A stretch of DNA of 63,956 nucleotides, filler included, from Sphacelaria rigidula (taxonomy: Eukaryota): assembly GCA_964200075.2 (NCBI GenBank). It is 3 parts of 3 records of this genome, joined end to end, with 100 filler letters (N's around TTAATTAATTAA, not from the genome) between each part and the next. Parts side by side here need not be neighbours in the genome. Positions count along the whole stretch, not along the records: positions 21,596 to 43,080 come from CAXNAA020000414.1; 2 more parts are not named here. The stretch is one strand, 5' to 3'. The position numbers and the translations under genes are program-made. Below, one piece after another: positions 23,222-34,400 of this stretch. Under the pieces are notes generated by a model. It saw only the letters and a list, made by a program, of their open reading frames with translations. It was not told the origin of the DNA and made no database searches. Numbering within the stretch: position 1 is the first letter of the stretch; the number at the start of each line of letters is the position of its first letter.

Positions 23222-23734
23222 AGCGTCAACAAGCGGAATGTGGAGGACGGCCCCGGAAAGTTGCTGTCGCGTTGAACGATCGTGCGAATCGTTGTTGTAC
23301 TGGTACGCTTGCAAGTGCCGCAGTCACCTGTTGTGTTCGGCAGGGAGCGTGTCACGGGGAAAATAAGTTTGCTTCGTCAGCACGCATCCTGCCATGGGAG
23401 GGTACTGTTCTGATTCAACCCTTGAGTCGAAACACAAAAACATTGAAACGTGTGCACAGTCAGTACTACGTTCGATACAACGTTTGAGTATACGAACTAT
23501 AAGTCCCAGTCACTCGGTACAAAAGTTAAGTGTTGTACTTTAGCCCGAGTGAACCATTGTTTTGGTCTTTATACGTACGAGTACTACAAGGTGAATTGAA
23601 AGTTCAGGACCATGCCTATCAGACCCTTCCTATAAACTTCTAGATATTTTCGAAGAGGCCGCGAAAGCGAAATCAACCACCACTCGACAAGTCACAGCTC
23701 TCCGCGAACGAAAGTGTCATCTATTACACCGTAA

Positions 23735-23818
23735 CAGAGGTATCTCAAACTCGAGGTTCCCCGTAAATATGATTTTACAGTCAAATATATCGGGAACCTC
23801 GAATTTGAGATACCTCTG
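23735..23818. mobile_element. 84-bp hairpin MITE
   Basis: CAGAGGTATCTCAAACTCGAGGTTCCC pairs with GGGAACCTCGAATTTGAGATACCTCTG (27-bp TIR, one mismatch). Confidence 0.75.
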
Positions 23819-26800
23819 ACAAGTACTCTCTGGGCGACCCTTGACTCTCACATCATATTCGTTGTACTTGTGGTCGTTTGACCACAGCTTCAACCTGTCT
23901 AGATCCGGTTAAAAAAACCAGAGGGTCTAAAAATCCGGCTACTTTCGCTGGATAAAAAACGAGTGCCATCAAACGACCGCGTTGCCAAGGGGTTCGCTTG
24001 CAAGTTGAAAACCACAAGGAAAACCCGACCGCACACAAGAGCATGCACACATGTAAAATGATACTAACGATCAAACCATACCAGACGACACACGAGCACG
24101 CCCACATCATACATCAATCATATCGACCGCGCGCAGCCCACGTGTACGAACAATGCGCGTGGCGGTGGAGGTAATCTGATACGTTTTTCACATCCGTAAC
24201 AAGGCCAGCTCGCACCAATCACAAGCACGGACGGAGTTGAGCGAAAAAAAAAAGGCCGAACACACAAACGCAACCTAGCGTTCATCACTCCAGCTCGAAG
24301 GTGCACACGGTCCCCTTACGCAAGCATTTTTGCGCACGCTGGCGAGAACAAAATGGGAGCGCCTTTGTGAAGAGGAGACCGCACTCCTCCGTTGACACTG
24401 CCTGTCACGCTGTACGGTTGTATTTACAGTAGCTCTCCACTGTCGTGTACAACACTACTATGTCATGTACCGCACCCAGTCACGATTCCATCAAAGTTGC
24501 AATCGCCACGACCGTCTCCTCATCATCTGTATATTCATTGCCTTACACTTGTCCTACAGTTGTATTTTGAAAAAAAAACTCTCATCCGTCACGGCCGGGG
24601 AGACAGAAAGCATATCTCCTGCATACAAGCTTTGCAAATACTCCACTTTTTAGGGGGGTACATACTGGCTGTACTGTTGTTCTGAACTGTCTATACTTTC
24701 AGCTGCAGATGATGGGAACTCGTAGGCTACCACTGTTGCACTGTACTGCTCTACTGTACAGTCTGTACAGTACAGTAGGTATTTGACTGTAACGTCAATT
24801 TGTCTGTAGAAGGGCAGGCACGGGAGGATAAAAATGTGAATAAACGCCGCCACCAAAAAGCGAGAAGGGCGTAGAATTAATCCAGCCGTAGCGATTTCGA
24901 TGTGCCGCCGCCGTTTGTGTTTTCGAGGCGAGGTGCGTCAGGCACGGCTTCAGCTTCGGCTGCCTTGTGATCTGATGATGACGTTCTCACCTCAATCCGG
25001 ACGGCAAAAAAAGGAGGGTTGTTATAGTTGGCGGTGTTGTTGTTGTTCCATACTGTTACTGACTGTTGTCTGCACAGTCAGCTGTCTGTATACTACAACA
25101 GTAGTACGAGTACCGGGCTTGCAGAGCAGACAGTCAGTATGACGGTGGTTGTGTCTAGTACGGTACGGTACTGTTGTACAGCAAAATCAGTATAAATATC
25201 CAAACTGTGTGCAGCCGACACAAACCGAAACAAAAACAGCACCAACCAACCAACCAGCCAGCACCGAACTGTCTGCAGAGGAAAGAATAAAGCATAAAAA
25301 CAACGAACTCTTGAAAACGGCACAGTTTTCAGTGGCGTATTTTGGACGTCACAAAATCGAAGACAAAAAATGTTCCCGATTTTATCCCAAAACAACCAAG
25401 ACACGACCAATATACCGGTATCTATCTGTACGAAGCGGTGAGGAGGATGAGAAGTGAAATGGACGCGAGAAAGGAAAAAACAAAACACCGAGACACGAGA
25501 ATATTCGGAGGTTGTTCAATTTTTGGAATACCCCGACCGGGAGCGTAACGTTGCCATGCCTACATAGCCATCTGTGATCGTGCGCGTGCCCCACCTTGTG
25601 ATGATCACAACCCTTCACGAACTTGACTGCGCCCTGAACGAAGCACTTTTTGTCGGGTGATCTGTGCTGGGGGCCGCAAAGGTGCAGTCACTCCGATGAA
25701 TCATGGCCTTAACGAAATGGTTCTGTTCTTAAGCTGATTTTGGCCAATCATATCACGCAGGCGTTTTCCGCAGTATATTCCCTACACCCCAATACCCCCG
25801 GGACTTGTTATGACTTCTCACACTGTTTGCATTTCTCTCGCCGCTTTTTATGGGTCGAAACAACACACACATTTCAAAGGAATCGGCAGTCGAACAAGAA
25901 GAAGAGGCAACATCACCATCACAGTCAAACCGGTGCCGCGAAGTACACAACACAGCGTACATACAATAAAGGTCATGGAGGGTATGACAGCCAGACTTCG
26001 GTATATTTTTACTTCCCCCTCGAGTTCTCGGAGCTTTGACGACGTTGTGTGTTTTGAATGACGACAAAGAGACTTGCTTCGGACTTTGCCAGCTTTCGAG
26101 TGCTGTAATAAAGTATCATGTTGCGTTCTGTGTCCGTGCTGCCTAAACAGTAGCTGATTGCCCGACGTTCCGCATGCTCACATCGGATAAGGAGTAGTAA
26201 TAGCTTATCCCGGCTCGATTATGACGAGACGATAGGATACAGCAAGCAGAGAACACAAAATTTCTCCCTTCTCTTGAAAAGCACAACGTATGTGATGGTG
26301 CAAAGTATGCGCAGGCTCTTTTTTTCGTGGATGTTTATTTTAGGTTTCCCTCACGCCCTTACTGGTGTTTTGATTCAATGGTGTGTGCAACAAAAAAACC
26401 CGTGCGCTCCACAGCGATCTTGGAAAGTTTGATCTGCTGTGAACTCGGCACAATTGGCAGCTAAACCGTGTGTGCCTTTGTGCGCGCTCTTCCGTGGCAC
26501 CCTTCCCTGCCCCGTTCATTGCGACTCAGGGCGTGTTGTTGTATCGCAATAGAAGGGGCATGCGAGGTGCAATTTCATGAGCGCCGATTACAGGAAACAC
26601 AGAAACAACACCAGTACAGTTAGTTGTACCGTGGAGATGTTGAGGTCCCCAGAAGTAATGAACGCCCTATGGAGCGAGTGTGAAAAAAACTCGTGGCGGC
26701 CGGATCTTGACGAAGTCGATGTATCATCAGTCCGTCATATAGAGCGCATACGATTTTCTTTGGCAACGTCACATGGTGTAAAAAATAGCGACGCATCACC

Positions 26801-28473
26801 TCTCTGGTCGTCACACGTGCCACCTATATCGCAAACATCTGCCCGACGCTGTGCACAAAAACGTGGTTCCTTTGGGATTTCATGTGTAGCTGCCTTTCCT
26901 TTTAATCAAGTTGGCACCCTTCCTATTCCTCGAACCCCTCGTATTCCATCATACATGTACCTGTTTCTGCTGTAGTACGAGTATTGCGATAGAACAAAAG
27001 GTGATACTGGCGCATCACATGTCTGCTTCGTGTTTGACTGGAGGGGCGCGATTCACGTGGAGTGTCGAAGACATCAGTGAGTGCCTTGGACGAGGATTCC
27101 CACCTTCAATAGGAGGCGCGAAATCGACGGTGCACATGGAATAGAAGCGGTGATTTCACTAGTCCGAGCAAGGTTTTGTGACAAGGTGGAAGGACCGTTT
27201 TAGACACGAGTCCGGAGGAATTTCATGCCTGCCGGGACGAACGCAGTAGAGGTGGAGAAACTACCAGTTTAGCTGACCACTACGGTGGTGGATCACGGGT
27301 GTGTTCGAGAGATTTTTCGAGTGATCATGTCGGACCGATGATGCGGCCTGGCGGTCAAAGGGTACAACAGTCGCCACCCAGGCGATAAGGTAGAGCTGTA
27401 GATTATTTGCACGACGCAGGTCAGGCTGGAAGCTCTTTTACGTCGTTCTAGGGATACACAATCGCAGATGGATGGGTACGAGTTGCACCTGTTTGAAGGT
27501 TCGGCCTTGACTCATTTATTATTTGAGACAATGGGCCCATGTTGCAGTTCTTTCGACAAAAACACACAGACCGCTTGCAGAGAAAACCTGAAACCGCTAG
27601 TGCAGACCTTCGTCTGTGATCTACACCCGACCTCATGACACACAAATAATCGAATAGCTTTCACTACAACGGTACCTCTCCCCGTCACCAACTGGATTGC
27701 AAAAAAGATGTCAGCAGAGGCACCGTAAACAATGAACGTTCGCACATATATCGAACCCCCTCAGAGTAGGAACTGTTGTACTGATACCCTGAACAACCTC
27801 ACAAATCACACGTGTACAAGACCGAACACATTAACACACACCATGACGAAAGAGAAACCAAATGCGCAGAATAATTGAACTCATCAATGAACAACCCCGC
27901 CAACCACGTCATTTACTGATAGTATATATACTTCTCTAATGATATGTACAACCGTCGGTGACTTGCCCACCAAGCTTCAAGTTGGAAGAACTTTTGACGC
28001 TCTTTCCTCCGTTCAACGGACACATATCCTCTTTAAAATCCACAGTACTGTACTTGAAAGTCGTACCCTCCGTGGTCTTCGACTACCCACCCCGCCAAAC
28101 GATACCCAAAATGTCTTTCCCCGTACCTACAGCTGAACCATATGAACTCTTGTCACAGGAACCCTGGACCGAACGTCAGATACGGGGCGCAAAGCACAGG
28201 TTCAACCTTACGCCTGATAGCAAATAAACGCGATGTACGCTTGGTACGCCTCATGACACAGTATTTTGTGCATATCAGCTTTGCTCTTTTGATCTAATCC
28301 CACAAGAAGGAGTGCTTCGAACCGCCAGCTTCAGATATTCCATCCTGGTCCTTGCAAAAAGCGCAGCACGACGGCGGGAGAGGAAGAGGACACGGTCGAG
28401 AAGGGTGGCAACCGTCGGACGTGTCAATGAACTCCGGGCGGGAAGATCAAGTAACGCCTTCAGCCGTGAAATG

Positions 28474-31400
28474 CTACTCGCAATTTCCGCCAGACGTCGG
28501 AGTGAGCGGACTCAGCGCTTGAACGTCATCCTTGTCACTGTCGGTATGGCCGTCGCTCTGCCGTTGCAGATACGCCCGTATGGCAAACACGTTCACGTCG
28601 AACGACGATCGATCAAGAATTTTGCGTAAAATGACAAAACCCAGAGACATGACACCATGAGGTTTTCACTCATAAATGCTTGCCTCGGAGGCACAACAAG
28701 GTATGGAAGGTAGTTAGCAAACAAAGCACTTGATTAACCAAATATTGCTTCACCCATCATGACCAAAACAATCGCAAGACCTAGCAACCTCGAGGAGAGC
28801 AATCGAGGCAAAATACTCGCTGGAGTGCACCATCACCACAAGACTCGGTCGTGACAGGGCTATCCTGTCGCCGCTCACGTTGGAGATCAATCTTGGGCGC
28901 GAAAGAGCTCGCCATGGTACGACATACCCGCAGAACTCTCCCGGTTCTATTTTGAAAAATAGTCTTCCGCGCGGGCAAGTGACAAGTGCCGTAGATCAAC
29001 ATGAATCACGCCAAGTAATACTCTTCACTCACCGTTGCCCCCGACTCCGATCGAGACTTGCTGATCCACGCGGATGGTGGGTGCGACTTCCCAAACCCAC
29101 CAGTGCTGCTGTGCTGACTACCGTTGATGATGCTCCCACCATGCCTGCTACTCCCCACCCCCGGCGTCGACGGTGCCGCGCCGTGCCGGCTAGACGTCTG
29201 CAATACAGGAGCGTCGTCGAACAATACGTCCCTCAAGGACGGCAGCTTGGCCGAGATCATGCTCATCATGGAGGATGGGGCTACGGACGAAGCTGAAGGG
29301 GTAGTAGCCGCCGGAGGCGTTGTCGCTGTTCGTTTCGGTGATGGGGTGGATTCAAATATGCTGCTGAACTTCAACGACTTGATCGTCGAAGACAGACTAC
29401 TCTTTCCCGTGGCGGAAGAACCTTCCTTACTGTTGCTTTTCTCCTGGTCATGTCAGGGATTCGGCCAGGGTCAAAGAGGGCGATGTCGGGAGCGGGACGC
29501 ATAGTCGGGTAGAAACTGTCATCGTACTGAGATCTGCCACTACATGTCCAACAGTCGCAGTGATTGCACAAGAAATCTTAAAAGCAAGGGTTAATGTGAT
29601 AACCGGCTTTGCGCACCATCCTCCGACTGTGACGCGTCTCACCTACAGCCATCTGGCTCGTATATACTAGACATTCCACCTGATGGGCAAGATCAAATAA
29701 GTGCAAGGCACAAAGAGAGTTCCTGCCCCACCGAAGGCAAGACAATATAACGTCAGAATAAGAGATGCCAAAGCCAGCGCCAACCACCACATTTTTGTCA
29801 CTGGGCTCAATTTCTCACCCGCTTGACCTCGTCGCTCCGCCGTCGCGCAAGCGCTGTGGAATAGCTCGTAGGTGGACCGGGGAAAAAGAAGGCCTTGATT
29901 GCCTCGCTGGTGTCCCAAATCTGCCTTTGCCGGACTAGAATCTCTGAGAAGTACGCCTGAAACAGTAAGCGACAGTGGATGGCGGTAGCACCAATGTTAT
30001 GGGACCGTCATCAACCGGTCACCTCTTTTAGCGTGAAAAGGACCGACCCGTTTGCTGAGTTGGCAACATCAGCGATTCGCGTTTTTCGAGGCCGAGGTAT
30101 CGAGCTCTGGATAAGCGAGAAAATCGAGTTTGGGAGACGGACGCTTGACGACAAGGAAGAGCACAGTGTTTACATTCCGGTACGTGTACCGCTTGGATGA
30201 CACGTGCCGCACGCACAGCGACCAAAATCACAAACAAATTGAGAACACGAACCTAGTTATAGCATTTAGCGATTTTCTCACTTGGAGGGCTAGTCGTCGC
30301 TCATCCATAACACTGCAGGATTTTCCAGCGCCTGCGTTGCACCCCTGACAGGAACTGAGCAGCTTCACCACCACTGCGCCCTGGAAACAAGATGCACGGC
30401 GTAAGAAGTGGAGCAAGCTCACCCAACTGCCTGACACGTGAAGCGTCATCGTGAAAATAGCGACAGCTCACGACCAGAACGCGGCTGTTTGACATCCATT
30501 CGCAGACTGCACATTTAGGCCCTGACTCCATCTGTTTTTTTCACTGCGCTTTTCTGCGCCCCCCTCCCCTTTTTGTGCCCCATTTTTTCCTTTGCTCCTC
30601 ATGTTGAAAACTTCGACCAACAATGTTTTCGTGAGATTGAGAGTGAAAAATGGGCAATAAGTTAATTGATCGTTTTGGTTCCAAAATGCCCCTCCACGAG
30701 GTCCGATATGCTTCCAGTAGTAGCTTGCCACTGAGGCCCCTGATATCCCCAACTAGGATATCGATGTGTAGCTGTAATCGCACGCCAGTTTAACAGGCAA
30801 GAGATGCACACACAGAAAGTTTGGCTAAGGTGAATCGAATGATCAAAGCGACTCTCAATCAGCACTTTACACTCGATCTCATGAAAACGTTAGTGATCCT
30901 ACCGCACATTTCTTTCGCGGATCTCATGCTTCGCATATATTTCTCGGCGACATTTTCGACACGAGTTGTGTTTCTAGTCTTGTACCAGTACAAAATGCCA
31001 CATGATCCACAGAGAGAAATGTATATACTTCGAGTATCACTCACGCCGTGCTGTGGAATCCGCCATAACCTTCGCATGCTGAACAAACGGTCTCATCCCA
31101 TAACATGAAGAAGGTGGAAAAAACTAGAGTTTTTATCCTCCCTCTTCAATCTCCTCGCCCCAGACCTCGCATCCTTATTTTCCTTGTATGTGTGCATGTG
31201 TGTGTTGTGTGTACTGTCTGTACGCATACGAGCTGGGCCAGCAGTAAATCACGCATTCGCTTTTCACACCACAACTTCTCAAGCTTTCCAAATCAGCGCG
31301 ACTTGAGCATATCGCTGTAAAGTGTAAACCAACCTGGTAGCACACGGCACCGCCGCTGAAAAAAAAAGAAAAAGAAGCAATGTCCTGTATAATATTCACG

Positions 31401-34400
31401 TATGACCTCAATGACGGACAGAAAAAATAAACTGAGATTCGAACTGATGAACTCCATCATTGGAGTCTCCTGTATCACTTGAATCAAAGGGGCACGACTG
31501 TGTCACACGAAAAGTGCGATGCCGCGCCCAATTCGAGGTTTTTTGGTCGAAACTTTACTAGAACGTCACTGCCTACACGTCGTTCAAGTTTCACGCCAGA
31601 AGTTAACCCTTAGACCGCGAGGTTAGTCTTCTGTTGAATCGGCATCAATTACAAGTGAAAAAAAGTATGCATGATCCAGAAAGACTAATGTCGCGGTCCA
31701 AGGGTCAAACTAGGCTAGTGAACGGTGGGGGACGGGGACCACGTGAGGAGGCCTGGTTTGACTGTTGAACAGAGCTCCCACGTGATACCCATCCCCCACT
31801 GTAGTACTAGCCTGGCTTCACCCATATACGACGAGGGTATGTCACCTGCTGAATCGGCATCAATTTTTACTTGAAAATATCATGCGTCATCCAGATGGAC
31901 TACCCGCACCGCGCTCGAAGGGTTGACCCTTACACGGCGAGGGTAGGTCACCTGCTGAATCGGCATTAGTTCTCGTTTGAAAAAAAGTATGCGTCCTTCA
32001 GATGGACTACCCGCACCGCGGTTCAAGGATCAATTTTTGACGTGAGCGTGCAACGTGTAGGGTTCTAGGAAGAGAAGGTCTGTCTGTCTGTCTGTCTGTC
32101 TGCAGGTCTATTGGCCGGGGGAGTCACAAGTCTTACTGGAAATCTGCGCCAGGTAATCACGATTATACTCTATCCTCTATGAAAAACGCTGTATTTTTTT
32201 CTGAAAAATCTGCGATATTTTTTTCACCCCCGTTCTTTTGCAGCCGCAGGAGTGGTCAGGGCTTAGACACATGGCGAGAAGCGAATTGCGACGCAATGGT
32301 CCGCTACAGACAGGGGAGATATTCCTCCGCCTCATTTCACACCGTCCTACAGCACTTCGTGCATCGTCTCGTGAAGGAAATATCTGAGTGCATTCATGAG
32401 GCAGTTCGATCAAGTCATCTTTCCTCAAGGACTCGTGCCGACTGCTGCGGCACCAGACGATCGAATGTACAAACCAAGGGAGCTAGGCAGTGTTGGACGG
32501 TGATTGACGCCTGCGGATTCAGTTTTGCCAAGTCTTTCGGGGGAAGTTTCTCGGCTGATGGTGAGGAAATCAAGACATCATCCCTGTTATTTCAAACGTT
32601 GACTTTGGTATTTCGCGTGTGCTGCTACGATAGATGTATATATCTCAAATGCGTGGGTACAAGAACTCCAAGCGGGACCCAGATACGTATTTTTCGCAAA
32701 TATTTGAATTTCATGGCGGAATATCTAGAGCCCCTGCCCGGAGAACCGAAAAATTGCCGTGATTTCCTTTCCGCAGCCAAGACACATTTCGACTCGTTGC
32801 TTGTGGCGTCGCGAGAAGACACAATGCACTCCTTTTGAAGGAACGATCTTTTTTGTGCACCAGACACCGCCTCGACAGGGAACAATATATTCGTGAGATT
32901 GAGGATAGGGCTTTGACTGATGGTGGGGTTGATCAGTCATCATTCGCTTCAACTTGACCAGTTTCTCCTTCTCTGTGTACTTTTCTTTGCCTCCATCACT
33001 GGCGTGTGCTTACAGCCACACATCAATGTCCTACTCAGGGATATCACGGGCTTCAGTGGATAAGACCTTGCAGAAATATCATCGGGCCTCATGGGGGGGC
33101 ACTTCGGAACTGAAACTGTTCATTCAGTAATTACTCGCTCTCCACTCTCGATTTCACGAAAACGTGTGTAAGGTCTAAAAATCTCAGCGAAGACTGTAAC
33201 AACTGTTGCACCTGCACGACCGAGCCCGTGCAAACACACACACACCCCACAGCATCATGAGCGGATCACGTTCAGCGCGAGCTCTTGATTTAAACACGGT
33301 GCTGTTTGATTCACGGCAACACGATCGGTATGGGAGGGGAGAGCGCGTGTGTGTCAAATCTTGCTCACGATACGGTCATTGGCTGTGGATGTGTAACACG
33401 GCACCCGTTCCCTTTCAAGCACATTGTGGCGGACAGGCCAACTCCTCCCATGACCATTTGAACATTACGGTGTTAAAAATCGGACGAAAAGGGGTCGGTA
33501 CGATATATTTTTCGATACAGTACTCAGAAAATGACGCGATACGTATAGAGTGTCGAGTATCGATATGATAGAGCCACTTTGGTAGGGACACAAGTTGCAA
33601 AACGTCAGCAGGATACGTCAAATTTTTTCATTGGTGGATGCCCAACAAAGTATGAACTCCAGACTTCATATCAAAAAGCTGATTTTTCATCGACGAGCGT
33701 CTCCAGTTCCCGTACTTGTACACGTGGGCTTGAAGGGATGGGGCGTAAGGAAAGTCTGAAAGACTTGCGGCCTTCGCGGGTGATTTTACTTCCCCGTCCT
33801 CTTCATACTTGGATGAGAGCACTGGGGCGGCCACTGGTGCAGCAGCAGCCGCTGTGCTAGACACAGCAGCTACAAACTGTTCGGCAAAAGCATCAACTGC
33901 AGACTCTGCGGTATGGTCAGCGACAAGGTCGAAGGTCTGACGGCTCATGTTGCAGACCGGTGTGGTTTGCAGCAAGTGGGCTTGCACTGCGCAGATTATG
34001 ATGTGCATAGTAGTTTGTGGCGTGTGGTCGGTGATGGGCGGCGGCATGCGAAGAAGGAGGGAAGATATACTGCCCCCCCCCCCCTCCCCCCCCGCACGCC
34101 CACCTCCGTGAAAAAAACAAGAAAATACTCACAGTGTCGACAAATATCGGCTTGGAACACGGCGATCTCGATATGCCGTATCGACGATATTTATCGAAAT
34201 CGTATCGATTTTCAATGCTCGAACATCATCTCTGAAAATCAACGTTTTCGTAAGGCAGTGGGATCAGCCAGCAATTACCATGCGTCTCCGAGTTTTTTTC
34301 AAAGCTTCTTCGTCCAACAAACCTTCCGCCGATCAGGGTAGGTCGTCCATACCACATCAGGTACACTTTTCGACGATGTCGATTCAACAGATGAACAAAA

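Noticed and set aside
21797-23366. Plus-strand ORFs over the AT-hook exon, and similar shadow ORFs over gag/pol
   Set aside because: Antisense shadows of GC-rich coding sequence.
32179-32838. 219-aa plus-strand ORF inside the PX intron
   Set aside because: No recognisable motif, Cys/Phe/Ser-rich composition and adjacent to repeat sequence, so likely chance.
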